A stretch of DNA of 63,506 bases, filler included, from Craspedostauros australis (GCA_030167865.1; 5 parts of 5 records of this genome joined end to end with filler, not necessarily neighbours in it); one strand, 5' to 3'; positions 42,065 through 53,400 are shown, counted from the first letter of the whole stretch. Program-made: numbers and translations. The notes: a model not told the origin generated them from the sequence alone.

Positions 42065-44389
42065 ATGTTAGAAGTGACAATCAATGTGGAAACACCAGCA
42101 ACCGTGAAACGAACTTCGTCCGAGATGATGGAGAGCGCGGATGAACCGAGCCCTGCTGTCGCCCAAAGTCCTCCTGCACCTTTTTCTCAGTCTCAGACAC
42201 CCATGCGTGTGTTGACTGTTGGTGATGGCGACCTTTCGCTTTCGTTGGCCATGGCTCGAGCCTACGGTGACAGGATCCACTTGACGGCATCCACGTTGCA
42301 ATCCAAGGAGGATCTAATACGCACCTACTCCTCCAAGGATGACGCCGCGGTTCTGCAAGAGCTGGAGCACAAGCGCATCGACATTCGGTACGGATGGGAT
42401 GCCACGCAACTGCACAAGCTCGCGATGGGCGCAAATCCAAACCCCACAAACGCAATCGTAGATACCAATGCGAACGGAAGCAAGTGGAATCTCATCACCT
42501 TCCACCATCCTCATTTGGGATTGCAGACGCTGCAAGAAAGCGAAGTAGAGCATGTCAGACGCCATCATGTGCTGCTGTGCCATTATTTGGCGTCAGCTCG
42601 TCAAGTGGTTGTGCCTGCAAATGATACGAATAAGGACGACACCACCACCGACGACGACAACGACGCAATTGCATTGATCCACGTATGCTTGTGCGGCGCG
42701 CAGCCCGAGACGTGGCAGCTCCTGCAGGCAGCGCAGCGGCAACGGCTGCGTCTCATCCGCCAGATCTCCACGCGCGTTCCCTTTCATGCGATATGGACCG
42801 ACACACAGGATTGGGTGCAGCCGCCGCGACCTGGCGATGCTGCACCGCGTCGGTATCGCAATGGCAAGTTGGGCAGTCGCCATTTCCTGGGCAAGTACGG
42901 ATACAAGCACCGGCGGACGGAAGGTGCGCAGCATAGCGGAAGTTCTGCCGATATGAACGTCGCGGGGTCCGCCCATTTTGTATTTGAGGTCATGGCAGCC
43001 AAAAATGAGAGACGCAATCCAGATGGAAACAGCAATGGCGACACGCAATCAGCCGAAGCAAACGGCGTCTTCAGATGCGAGATCTGCAATGAAGCCTTCG
43101 ACTCGGCGTCTGCGTTACAGCGACACCAGGCAGCACCAGCGTTGCCAATCTACAACGCATCACAATCTGCAAATGCTGAATCCATGGAGTCTGCTGCAGC
43201 TGTGGGATCTTCCTCGTCATCAGAGCAAGCGCTTCCGCTCCACGCACAAACGAGGAGTACCAAACATGAGACTCCAATCTCCTCCTCTGCAATTCAATCC
43301 ACACGGCAGCCCATCGCCATCACCACCACTACTGCCACGACTACTGCCACCCATGTCACCACCGCCACGACAAATTCCAACGATGACTACAACATGAATG
43401 TTAACGAAACCCAACCTCCGACGCAACGACTAGTGGTGGCTCAGGAACATGCAGGAAAACGGCTGAAATGGTACCTCAAGAACTTCGCCTCCGGACATCC
43501 CAAGAGCAAGATGGAATCCCTCATCAAGGGCGGCAATGTCATGCTTAACGATGCCGTTGTTGTGGATTCTGGCAGATTTTTGGCAGCGAACGATTGTATC
43601 GCATACGCTCTCCCACATGCTGCGCAGCCACCCGCTAAAGTGCAGCAATTTAAAATCATCGAACGGCTGTCCCAACACGACACGCTGATCGTTTGGAAGG
43701 ATCGAGGGGTGCGCACGAAAGGATTCTTCAACAAGGACGGTGCTGCTGCGACGCTGGAAGCTATGGTGTCGCAACACGAGAAGCAACGATACGAAAGCAT
43801 CTCCAAACTCGACACCTGCTGCCCGGGTCTGTGCGCATTGCTGAAAGATGTATCGGTCAACGGCATGCGCGTTTGTCACATCCTAACCATGTTGGTGCAT
43901 GGCAGAGCGCCGTGGACACAGCCAACCACCGTCGAGCTGACCATCCAACGGCAATGGAAGCGCTCGAACGCCAGCAAACTCGATACTGGTTCGCAGGCAA
44001 TCAATGATGCCCAACAAGCAATCACGGAACCCGTCACCTTCACATGCCTCGAACGCATGCAGGATGCATCCAACCCGCAGCAACTGTCCACAATCCAAGT
44101 GGAGGTGCATCACCATCCATCCACGAGCAGCATCGGGACGTATCTGCGACAGCACGGCCATCCCATCGTCGGAGATCATTTATCTCGTAACGAATACCTG
44201 AAACTGAAGCGTTCCATCCGCAATCGCATCAAGAATAAATTGTCCATTGGTTGCTACCAACTGACGACAACGACGACGACGACGACAGCATCGGGAACAG
44301 CAGGTAGTGAGGAACGCAGGCAGCATCAACAAAAAATCCCTGAAAAGTTATCGGCATTGCATTGGGAACGGCATGCCATCGATGCCTGA
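42065..44389 (+). CDS. Fusion protein: DUF2431/BMT5-like rRNA uridine-N3 methyltransferase domain + C2H2-like Zn finger + S4 domain + degenerate RluA-type pseudouridine synthase domain, ~774 aa
   Basis: DUF2431 pattern VLTVGDGDLSLSLAM...LTAST...DATQL...ITFHHPH. Zn finger CEICNEAFDSASALQRH. S4-like RLKWYL...SKMESLIKGGNVMLND. RluA-like LIVWKDRGV, SKLDTCCPGL, LRQHGHPIVGD. Confidence 0.78.
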   Translation: MLEVTINVETPATVKRTSSEMMESADEPSPAVAQSPPAPFSQSQTPMRVLTVGDGDLSLSLAMARAYGDRIHLTASTLQSKEDLIRTYSSKDDAAVLQELEHKRIDIRYGWDATQLHKLAMGANPNPTNAIVDTNANGSKWNLITFHHPHLGLQTLQESEVEHVRRHHVLLCHYLASARQVVVPANDTNKDDTTTDDDNDAIALIHVCLCGAQPETWQLLQAAQRQRLRLIRQISTRVPFHAIWTDTQDWVQPPRPGDAAPRRYRNGKLGSRHFLGKYGYKHRRTEGAQHSGSSADMNVAGSAHFVFEVMAAKNERRNPDGNSNGDTQSAEANGVFRCEICNEAFDSASALQRHQAAPALPIYNASQSANAESMESAAAVGSSSSSEQALPLHAQTRSTKHETPISSSAIQSTRQPIAITTTTATTTATHVTTATTNSNDDYNMNVNETQPPTQRLVVAQEHAGKRLKWYLKNFASGHPKSKMESLIKGGNVMLNDAVVVDSGRFLAANDCIAYALPHAAQPPAKVQQFKIIERLSQHDTLIVWKDRGVRTKGFFNKDGAAATLEAMVSQHEKQRYESISKLDTCCPGLCALLKDVSVNGMRVCHILTMLVHGRAPWTQPTTVELTIQRQWKRSNASKLDTGSQAINDAQQAITEPVTFTCLERMQDASNPQQLSTIQVEVHHHPSTSSIGTYLRQHGHPIVGDHLSRNEYLKLKRSIRNRIKNKLSIGCYQLTTTTTTTTASGTAGSEERRQHQQKIPEKLSALHWERHAIDA

Positions 44390-44524
44390 TTTCCATGCAA
44401 TCGACATCTACCCTGCAGGCTATGCGCACCGCAGACTATGCACGTCGCAGACACGTATGTAGAGCATCGTGATCGTAGTCTCGAGCATGTAGTGCCTCCA
44501 CCCTGATGCTGCAACGCATTCGTC

Positions 44525-44749
44525 TCACTTCTTGCCGCGGTACGATTCCAGTTCCTGCTTGAGCTTTTCATTTTCACGCTTCAATCCTTCGACGTCCACG
44601 TTGGTCGGCGCACCGATGTACTTCTTGATGTACTCGATGGGATCCGTCGGACGGTCCGGTTCTTCGTAGAGACCCACCAGCACCTTCGTGAGCGCGTCCA
44701 GGACGCCCGTCTGTTCCAAGTATCGGCGGTATTCTTCTTTCTTCGACAT
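44525..44749 (-). CDS. MYCBP: c-Myc-binding protein (MYCBP/AMY-1) homolog, 74 aa
   Basis: SKKEEYRRYLEQTGVLDALTKVLVGLYEEPDRPTDPIEYIKKYIGA followed by a coiled coil. Confidence 0.92.
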   Translation of the reverse strand: MSKKEEYRRYLEQTGVLDALTKVLVGLYEEPDRPTDPIEYIKKYIGAPTNVDVEGLKRENEKLKQELESYRGKK

Positions 44750-45643
44750 GGTCTCGTGTGCTATGATATTATACAATGCAATATCATATAATAATGTATC
44801 TTTGGGAGATGTGGGACACAGGGATCTCTTTGCAAATGTGCGTGCGAGTACTAGTTCTCGTCCTGGCACTGATACTATGACGAGCTTTGCAGTGCGATCT
44901 GCGTCTTCTGTCTGCGTTGGGATTCACCGCGATTCCATTCGATAGAGAGACGGGTTGATGGCTGTCTGACCCAATGACCTCTTCTTGTTGGATGGAGAGG
45001 TCGGTGCGACGGATGTGGAGGCCACAACAGTGGATGCCACAACAGTGGATGCAGCAGGCGTGATGTCCAACAAGACAGACGGCTGGGAGGTGATGCTCCT
45101 TGCCTGGGACGATACCAGTGCAAGTGGATGGATTTGTGCAGATGCCAGCGGTCTCTGACAATGGCATTGACTGTCTGTTCTTGTGTCGAAGTTCCTCCCT
45201 CTTTCTTTGGCGAGATGCGGCTCTTGACGCCGCATTTGCATGTTTCTCCAACGCAATTTCGAAATTCAAAATTGTTCTTGCACACGGACAAAGCACAGAC
45301 CGTGCGGCACTTGTCATTGGTTCGTGCCACGGTTCGAGCATAGACAACCACAGCTATTCAAATGCCACATTCTTGTTTGATGCTCTCTGTATTTGTGCTA
45401 CAAATGTATCATGTCTCTGACTATCGCGAGTTGTATCTTCACGACGTATCTATCCTACATGAACAGCATCGGCATTGGCAACGCCAATCCAGGCATCGAC
45501 AGTGGAAGTGCTGGGATGGTAGCAGCATTACCGACAGCGATAGCAACAACAAAACCACATTATGCGGACACCTCCATGATGAGCATTGGGGCCCATCAAT
45601 GCAAGAGTGCATGGCAGGAGTGCGCTACCAGCTTCCGCGATCT

Positions 45644-47092
45644 CTAGGGAGCAGATCCACAACATTGATGCCAATGGTCGACCTGGATCTTCACGGCCTC
45701 GATCACCCGATGTGCTGGCACACAAATGTCTGCGGAACGCACCTCTTGATCCCTATTCCGTTTGTGGAAGAACCGAGTTTCTGCGACTGGGTCTTCCCCA
45801 AGGTAAATGTAGGAATGATTCAGACCTGACATTGCTGTCAGCGTTCCAAAGAACTCATTCCAGTCGTAGCCATACGGCAGCAGCTCTATGACCGAGCCAC
45901 AACGAGGCATGAACGGAACTCCAGTCAAGTGCGCACCATGTGGTGTCAATAGAATATCGACATTGGCAAACAGCTCCACTTGCTCTTCAAATGACAGACT
46001 TTCCATGAGAAAAACAGGTGGTCTGTATTTCAGGTCAAGTTCATCCTGCAGAAGTGAGGAGATGTTGTGCGCGCCATGAACTCGTCTGCTGGCCGTGCGA
46101 GTGGCAATTCCGATGCGTGGTGGGCGCAGGAGATGCTGATTGCCAGTTGATCGATCGCTTGTTTCTGCATTCGTTTTGGCCGTCAATTCTGTGAGGGATG
46201 ACACTCCACAGGATTGTGTGATATAGTGTTCCATGCCGAGCATGGACATGGTGCTTCGTCGAAAATGCTGCAGATCGTCTTCGTGGATCGCTCGGTAACC
46301 AGAGCGATAATTCAGATTTCCCTTTGCAACGAGGATATTCTTCCCCAAGGTTTTGAGGTGGTTGATGTATGGCTTCGATCGCTCGTATGAGACTGTGATA
46401 TTGTTTGCTTGGAACAGGGCGAAAATCCCCTCGTTGAACTGGGTTATGTGAACATGTTCCGGTTTGAATTCCGGGCCAAGAAGAAAAACATGCTCGACGT
46501 CTGGGAAGAGCCGCCACAACGACCAGCACGGTAGCAGATTCTGGAGCAGATGTGGGAAATGAAAGATCCATGGCTTCATTGCTTTCGCGCAGATAACCGT
46601 GGTGATATGGTTGGAGGGAGTTCGCCCATTCATCCATGGGTTCGTGGGGTCGCCTCCATCTGTCATTGCGCCAGCTTGATCCAACGCTTCAGTGAGGTTG
46701 CCATAGTCCACGTGGAGGGTGTCGTCTAAACTGTACGATCTTGGATAGTCAGTGACACTGAAGGTATGTGCCATCGAGGAGTTCATGAAGTTGCACTGAT
46801 GCGGTTCGAAAATATCAGTTGGCCATTGCAACATGAAGGCAGGAAAGTCTGTGATGTTATGAGTCCATCGGTGTGGATGTAAATCGCCGCTGGCTGTGTT
46901 GGCTGGAGCGTTGGCGGCATCTCTCACTGCATCATTGAAGAACTGGGACGACCCCAATGAAAACGCAGAGAGCCCACAATTCGCCACTGCAATGGTGATG
47001 ACGACGATGAAGACGACAACACGCTTGGCCTTCATGCCGGAAATGGACAAGCTCTTCGTGTTGGGGGGTGCGGTTGTATTTGACGGCGCCAT
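45644..47092 (-). CDS. Glycosyltransferase family 61 (DUF563), type II membrane, 482 aa
   Basis: N-terminal signal anchor, FHFPH, RIGIATRTASRR, MESLSFEEQVELFANVDILLTPHGAHLTGVPFMPRCGSVIELLP. Confidence 0.88.
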   Translation of the reverse strand: MAPSNTTAPPNTKSLSISGMKAKRVVVFIVVITIAVANCGLSAFSLGSSQFFNDAVRDAANAPANTASGDLHPHRWTHNITDFPAFMLQWPTDIFEPHQCNFMNSSMAHTFSVTDYPRSYSLDDTLHVDYGNLTEALDQAGAMTDGGDPTNPWMNGRTPSNHITTVICAKAMKPWIFHFPHLLQNLLPCWSLWRLFPDVEHVFLLGPEFKPEHVHITQFNEGIFALFQANNITVSYERSKPYINHLKTLGKNILVAKGNLNYRSGYRAIHEDDLQHFRRSTMSMLGMEHYITQSCGVSSLTELTAKTNAETSDRSTGNQHLLRPPRIGIATRTASRRVHGAHNISSLLQDELDLKYRPPVFLMESLSFEEQVELFANVDILLTPHGAHLTGVPFMPRCGSVIELLPYGYDWNEFFGTLTAMSGLNHSYIYLGEDPVAETRFFHKRNRDQEVRSADICVPAHRVIEAVKIQVDHWHQCCGSAP

Positions 47093-47813
47093 GATGTGAA
47101 GATGATGGTGCTGATTCAGCTGCAGGTCGTCTTGTCAATGGCGTTGATGGTGGCTTTGTTGTCGTTGTCGTTGATGTTGCTGCTGGTGTTGGATTGTTGA
47201 CTGTACCACAGACACTGGCATTATCTGTAACTGGCGTCTTCCACAAGCACATGTAACGCCACAGATACGCAATTGAATTGCGTATGATGCTTATATTATA
47301 TTATATATTATAACAGAGTAAGTGATATTAGTAGCAGCATAACGGGTGTTGTCGATGTTACTCTTGAGGCGTTTGTTGTTGCTCTCTTTGTGGTACAGTC
47401 ACAACAGGGGACGCATGGGAGAACCGAATTCGATGTTGGGTGCGGCCATTGTTCTCAGCAAGGCCGTGCAATACAGCGGAAGGAGAACTCGTGTCCGCGA
47501 AGCACGTGAAACAACCGAAGGGCAGACACAAAATCACAAGCTCTACATTCCTCTCTATAGCTTACGTACCATCCATCGTCAGTATTCTGTATGGGAACCA
47601 GATGCGGTCCTGGCACCCATGCGGCACTATCACAAGACTTCGAGAGGAGATCAGAATCTTTCAATCGCTACCGTGATTGTTAGTCTGGCCGCCAGGAGCA
47701 TCATTGCCAATTAACAGGGTATTGTCATATGTATGTTACTCTCTCGCAATCAGAAGTTGGCGACAACATCGTGATGGAAAAGACTGATGACGCTCTGCGA
47801 CAGGCAACCGTGC

Positions 47814-49262
47814 TCAAGATATGCAGCAGTTGCTGCCATCCTGCGTCTTTGTTCTGCTCGTCGTGGCAGCATTCTGCCGTGACCTCTGCACATTCCGAGT
47901 CGGTCGGGTTTGCTGCCGCTGCTGCTCCCGTTCTTCCTGTTGCAACTGCATTGCCAGCCGACGGCTGGCATCTTCATTTTCGTACAGCTGTCGCGCCATG
48001 AGCTCATCCGCCATGGATGGAACTCCAATCGCGACGGTGACTGGCTGTGCGTGGAACGGTTGACCCGCGCGTTGCGATTGCTCTCGCTGGAACTCCATCA
48101 TGCTGGCCTGCATCGCCGCTTGGATGTCTGCGTTGGCATCTGCTTCCAGCTGATTGTTGGGTGTTGGCTGCGGGATAGGTCTTGCGTTCGCAGCCGTCGT
48201 GGATGGTGGTAAATTTGCTTGTGCGCCAGCTTGCTTTCTCGGCGCCTTCGCGACATCGCCCGTACTGGATTCGCGACTGAGCTGCAACGCCAGTTGGAAA
48301 TCGACGTTCGATTGCGCGTTGTTGGCGAGCACTTGCTGCCCCGTCGCCGCCGCCTGTGGCATGCCCACCGATTGCGGCAGCGCAGGCCGAACGAAGGCCG
48401 CGTTGACGTACTCCGTGTCACCATCGATGACATCCAACCTCTCCCAAATCACATCCGGCATCGTGGCGAATCCCAAGTCCGTGACGAGCAGGTACAGCAT
48501 GCCCTTGTGCTTCGTGAGCGTGTTGAAGTGGTTGTTGCGGAAGAACACGCACAGATCGTTCTCCTTGACGCGCTCGTGCAGCACCTGCAGGCCGTACTGC
48601 GTCAGCTGATGGGCGGATCGTTCCAGGAAGTTGTGGATCAGCGACCCGTTGGTGGCGGTGGCAGATAGCTGGTGCTCCTTCTGCCTTTTCTCCTGCGGCG
48701 TCATCTGCTGCGCCGGGTCCATCAGAAGGATGCTGGCAACCGCGTCGCTCTTTTTGTGCAGCGCCTCGAGCTCGGACTTCGCCTCGTTGCCCTTGATGAC
48801 CTGGTTGATAAGCTGATTGTAGGTTTGGTCGCCGATGAGCCCGGCTTCTTCCGGGTCGTTAGGGTCCACCAGCCACCCGTGCACGAGGTCCACGTGGAGC
48901 AGATCGAAGGCGTTGAGCTGCTTCGTGTACTCCACACCCGACGGCCCCTTCGTGAACTTGGGGTTGACGTCCATGCCGTACTGCAGCGACGGAAACACCT
49001 GCATGACCTCCTGCACGGCGAACTGGTGGTTCATCGACTGCGACTGCTGCGAGGAGTTGTTCAGCACCTTCTCCGCCAGCACGTTGATGAGCTCGTCGAT
49101 CTTGATGACGCCGGCTCCCACGCAGTTGCTGGGCAGCTTGATGGCGTCGCGCAGCAGCAGCGCATTGGCGGCGGCGATCAGAGGGCAGGGGCCATTCTCG
49201 TTCTGCACCAGGATCTTGTGCTTGCGCTTGTTGTACGTCACCTGCTTCAGTCGGTACGCCAT
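47814..49262 (-). CDS. MINDY: MINDY-1/2 (FAM63) family K48 deubiquitinase, 482 aa
   Basis: Catalytic QNENGPCPLIA, GMDVNPKF, LVHGWLVDP, QLTQYGL, FFRNNHF, LYLLVTDLGF. C-terminal MIU/UIM-like helices (DFQLALQL, DELMARQL, DASRRLAMQLQQEE). Confidence 0.95.
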   Translation of the reverse strand: MAYRLKQVTYNKRKHKILVQNENGPCPLIAAANALLLRDAIKLPSNCVGAGVIKIDELINVLAEKVLNNSSQQSQSMNHQFAVQEVMQVFPSLQYGMDVNPKFTKGPSGVEYTKQLNAFDLLHVDLVHGWLVDPNDPEEAGLIGDQTYNQLINQVIKGNEAKSELEALHKKSDAVASILLMDPAQQMTPQEKRQKEHQLSATATNGSLIHNFLERSAHQLTQYGLQVLHERVKENDLCVFFRNNHFNTLTKHKGMLYLLVTDLGFATMPDVIWERLDVIDGDTEYVNAAFVRPALPQSVGMPQAAATGQQVLANNAQSNVDFQLALQLSRESSTGDVAKAPRKQAGAQANLPPSTTAANARPIPQPTPNNQLEADANADIQAAMQASMMEFQREQSQRAGQPFHAQPVTVAIGVPSMADELMARQLYENEDASRRLAMQLQQEEREQQRQQTRPTRNVQRSRQNAATTSRTKTQDGSNCCIS

Positions 49263-49998
49263 CTCGGAGGCTCTCCGAGTGCAGAGAGTGCAGGGAGTAC
49301 AAAAAGTGCACGAGTATAATAATATAGAATACTATGTAATATGATCAGAAAAACGAATAATAAAGGATAATATGTAGTGTACGAGCAGAGCGCAGTAGTG
49401 CTATGGACGACAGTATCGATATGGCATTGGTATTGCTGTGTTGTGTTGTCTGTGTTGCGGAGTTCCTCTCTTGGGCAAAGAAATGGAGGAAACCGACCAG
49501 AAGAAGTCGATCTTTTCGATGTTTGATGTGCGGATTTCCATTCGTCTTACTCAACTTGGGCAGAATCGCGCACACAAAAGCACGCGACCTTGCGAAGCAA
49601 CGAGCCGTTGTTCCATCGCGTTCGGCACGAGCCGCCCTCTTTGGCACAAAAGAACAGTTGCAAAGAACATCAACGCGGCGTTTCGAACAAATCAAAAGAG
49701 AACAAAACCCGAAGTCCACACGACTCACATCGAATCGTGCAATCGCGTGAACGAACACAGTCTTGGTTGTCTCCGACTCACACAATGAAATTTGAAATAC
49801 TGTCCATCGCCCGTTCAATCTTCGTACCTCGTTTGAGGAACCAAGATCTCGTCGTAACGATAATGCCAAAGTGTGCAAACGATCTACTCGTACTAGTAAC
49901 AGGCTCTACCTCGAGTTGCGAGGCCAGCTCGGATCCAAATCGCAGGATCTTTCCGCGTGATAAGAGTTTGGAAGCCTCAACCGACTTGTCATTGTCGA

Positions 49999-52900
49999 CT
50001 ATCGTGGGAAGCTTCGGGCGTACGCTTCCAAATTCTCGCCGATCTGATGGCAGTGGCGGCAGATCTCCAGCAGATAAGAGATGGTGACACCCAGGGTCAC
50101 TACCTGTGTCGGGTTCATCGACTCTATCGCTTTTGCACGGTCGCCCCCTGCACGTTCCAGATGGTAGCCTTGCATCTCGTAGAAGCTCCGCGACCACATG
50201 TCGACCAGCTGCAATCGGATCGAATTCATTTCCTTGAAAGATGCGGCGGCAGCGACCGCGTCCAGCGAATTGCCATGCTGTGGTCGCAATCGCCCATCCG
50301 GAAACGCGACTCGGAGATTGTCACAGCATTTCTGAATCTGCTGCGATGCCATCGAGATCATTTGGTGGTACACCTTTGGCCAGTCGCGTCGTTCCTCTGC
50401 AAGGATCGCTGCCGTTGTTCCTGCTACTCCTGATTCTGCTCCTGTTCCTGCTGCGACGCCGTTTCTGCTGCTGTTGTGTTTCTGACTAAACGAATATGCA
50501 TGGGTATGTGAAGGAGAGTTCCATACCTGATTGGAATAAAGCGCTGGAATTCGCGTGAAGGCCTTCATCAGTAGTGTGGTTTGGCGATCCAACAGTGTCG
50601 CCTCCCTGCTGATGTTGATAATCGGAGCTGGAATCAATCTTTGAGAGAAGCCAAAGTATGGTTCTTTCAACGCTGACGGTACCTCTTGGGCCAAACTCGA
50701 AGCACACGAATGGATGCTCTGCTGCAGTTCCTCAAGCTTCGTCTTGGATGGCGAGTCGGCCGCGTTGATTTGGTGACGTTGCTGTGCCTCCTTTTCCATC
50801 TCGATGGTTCGTGGATCGTCGCGATCGCTCGTCGCAGCACCGTCTCTCTGTGTGCTGATGTGCTCACCTGTTTCGACGTCCACGTGATGAGCTGCGACAT
50901 CGTGTTCCAGCTGCTCCAAGAAGGACTTGCCTTCGCCCAGGAACGACTCGCATTGGAACAACACACTCAAGCTCATCGTCTCAACCACGTTCCGGCTGCT
51001 GCGTGGGAATAGGAACAGCTCGACGCTCGCAAAGATAAACACGCCCACGAAGATAAGCTGAATTCGCTTTGGGATGTACTCCTCGACGTCGTACCCATTC
51101 TCTGTTGCGCCGATCAGTATCGCCCCGATGCTCATGGCAGCGTAGGTGTACATGTAGGCATGCTCGGGGTTGCGAAGGTAAATCATGACGAATGTGAAGA
51201 CCCCGATCGCGCAAATGTGCACGGTGTCCTCGTCCTGATTCGGAAAGACATCGACCACGAGCATGCCGAATGCGACAGCGAAGGCGGTTCCGAACAATCG
51301 GTCGGAAGCCTTTTGGAAGCTGCTTCCCCGTTGCCCCAAGTTGACGATCGCCACCGTGATTGCGGGCCACAGGCCGAACGGTGCGGCGACCTTCCACAAG
51401 GCATCGACGGAGACGAAGAGAGAGCTGATGCACATGCCCGCGGCCATCTTGAATGCCAAGTTCCGATCGGCCTCGTTGCGCCAAAGCCAGGACGGAGTCC
51501 AAAACTCACGAATGAGATACTGGAGCATGTTGGCAATGATCCTGAATGGGAGGCAACAGATCCGAGTCATTCTTCCGTCGCGTACTCGGCTGTTCGTACC
51601 TGCCGTTGTAGCTGCCGTTGTGGCCGCGGTATGACCTGCGGGCACCACCGTCGCTCGTTCGTGGTTCATGTTTTGATCTTTGGCATCGTTTTCATCCTTC
51701 AAGTACGTGATGAGATTGTCCGCGATCGACATGAAGCTGCGGAAGGTCGCCATGCGGCGTGCCAAATGAGCCAACTGTGGTTTGACTTTCTGTTGTCCCG
51801 GCTGCGCGTTGACGTTGCTACCCACAGTCATCGCCGCCTCCTGGATGGCGTTAGAGAATGCCACTTCGATCTCTTTGCACAGTTCCGTCATGACGGTGAC
51901 ATCGTCAGGATCGTCGGCGTGACAAGCAATGGGGTCCGCCATCAGCGTCCCCAGCTGTATCGCATGCGCCATGTGATCTATCAGATGCTGGTACATCGGG
52001 GAAATGTGCTTGGCGATCAGAATCCGCATCCGCACGGCATCTTGTGATTGGAGGGGCGACGCTTCACCCAGATAGTGCTGCCCCAGCGCGGTTGTCAGCA
52101 AATGATAATCCATAATCTGCCTTTCCAAGTGCTGAATCCAATGCTCCAGTCGGGCGACGACCGACTGAGGTTGGCAGCGCTTCTGCCCTTGACGCCGCCA
52201 CCTTATCCTCGTGCCGCCTCCCATCCATTGCTGCAACCTCAGTTCCTCGCTTGCCGCAGGTGTCAACCGTTTCAATTCGCGCACGGTGGTATCCATGCGT
52301 CCGACCAAAAGCTGGATGCCCGATATCGCGGCACGTGCCACCTTCGATGCGTGCCCCGCCGACATGGTGTAGGCGCGGATTTCCGTCAAGCACTGGCAGG
52401 CATCGGATTCGTAGTGATGCAGTAGGACGGAGATCCGGTTGCAGGCACGGTTGGGGATCGTCATGAGGACCGCGACGCATGTGCAGGCGACGTAGGATGC
52501 GCAGTATCCCCACGGTCCGTACCAATCCAAATTCGTGTTGCGAACGGGCAGCGCGATGACGATGTAGGAGATGAGCACCATGAGGTTGCGGTAGGACAGC
52601 CATGGACACAGCATGAAAAGCAAGGACAGAAAGAAGATGAAGATTGGCAGCAGGATCTGCCTCGTCATCATGGATAAAGCTCCGCTTTCGAACCAAATGG
52701 CGATGGGCCAACTCAAGAGCGTCGTGATGATGACGCTGAAGGCGAATTTCTGGAATGCCAGAGACGACGCGCCGATGGTTGGATCGGCGAGGCAAACATG
52801 GAAGAACATGTTGGCAATCCAAACGCCGTGGAAGAATTCATGCCGGAAGCATGCGAAGTTGATGACAGTCCCGATCGTTGTGCGCAGCGCCATGTCGAGA

Positions 52901-53400
52901 CGTGTGGCGATGTCGCCGCCGTTCCTCGTGAACCTGGAGATGATCGATAGACTTCGTCGTCGTTTCTGCTGCTCGTGCCGTCGCATTTTCTGCCGATGCC
53001 GTTTCTGTCGTTGATGGTGCCGGTGATGACTGGGCAGTTCGCCACTTGCATTCTTCTCTGCCAATCCTCCATGGGATGACCCAGCTATAGTCAGGATGGT
53101 TGATCGAGTGGACTCGCTGAAGGTGAAGCGTGTTGAGACGCTTTTGCGTCTGTGCCTTTGAAAAAGCAGCTGATCGTGATGGTCGTGATGGTCGTGATCA
53201 TCAACATCGGCCGCATCATCGGCACCGTTTTGAGTCGTCGGTTGTTGAGATGAAGACTCATCGCCAGTTCGAGGGTCATTATGTTGCAAGTCAGAGGTTT
53301 CGAAGACCTCCTGCCGATTGGTGGATTGAAACCTCGCCCGTTTCTGTTGTGATGTTGTTGGATTCGAGCCCGCGGCCACTTCTGCGGAAACGAATGTCAT
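49999..53400 (-). CDS. FUSC/aromatic-acid-exporter/ALMT-like membrane transporter, 1133 aa
   Basis: Two clusters of TM helices, each followed by a helical cytosolic domain. The second cluster has AFKMAAG...W.AITVAIV...GSSFQKASDRLFGT...RIQLIFVG...LFLFP. Confidence 0.8.
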   Translation of the reverse strand: MTFVSAEVAAGSNPTTSQQKRARFQSTNRQEVFETSDLQHNDPRTGDESSSQQPTTQNGADDAADVDDHDHHDHHDQLLFQRHRRKSVSTRFTFSESTRSTILTIAGSSHGGLAEKNASGELPSHHRHHQRQKRHRQKMRRHEQQKRRRSLSIISRFTRNGGDIATRLDMALRTTIGTVINFACFRHEFFHGVWIANMFFHVCLADPTIGASSLAFQKFAFSVIITTLLSWPIAIWFESGALSMMTRQILLPIFIFFLSLLFMLCPWLSYRNLMVLISYIVIALPVRNTNLDWYGPWGYCASYVACTCVAVLMTIPNRACNRISVLLHHYESDACQCLTEIRAYTMSAGHASKVARAAISGIQLLVGRMDTTVRELKRLTPAASEELRLQQWMGGGTRIRWRRQGQKRCQPQSVVARLEHWIQHLERQIMDYHLLTTALGQHYLGEASPLQSQDAVRMRILIAKHISPMYQHLIDHMAHAIQLGTLMADPIACHADDPDDVTVMTELCKEIEVAFSNAIQEAAMTVGSNVNAQPGQQKVKPQLAHLARRMATFRSFMSIADNLITYLKDENDAKDQNMNHERATVVPAGHTAATTAATTAGTNSRVRDGRMTRICCLPFRIIANMLQYLIREFWTPSWLWRNEADRNLAFKMAAGMCISSLFVSVDALWKVAAPFGLWPAITVAIVNLGQRGSSFQKASDRLFGTAFAVAFGMLVVDVFPNQDEDTVHICAIGVFTFVMIYLRNPEHAYMYTYAAMSIGAILIGATENGYDVEEYIPKRIQLIFVGVFIFASVELFLFPRSSRNVVETMSLSVLFQCESFLGEGKSFLEQLEHDVAAHHVDVETGEHISTQRDGAATSDRDDPRTIEMEKEAQQRHQINAADSPSKTKLEELQQSIHSCASSLAQEVPSALKEPYFGFSQRLIPAPIINISREATLLDRQTTLLMKAFTRIPALYSNQVWNSPSHTHAYSFSQKHNSSRNGVAAGTGAESGVAGTTAAILAEERRDWPKVYHQMISMASQQIQKCCDNLRVAFPDGRLRPQHGNSLDAVAAAASFKEMNSIRLQLVDMWSRSFYEMQGYHLERAGGDRAKAIESMNPTQVVTLGVTISYLLEICRHCHQIGENLEAYARSFPR

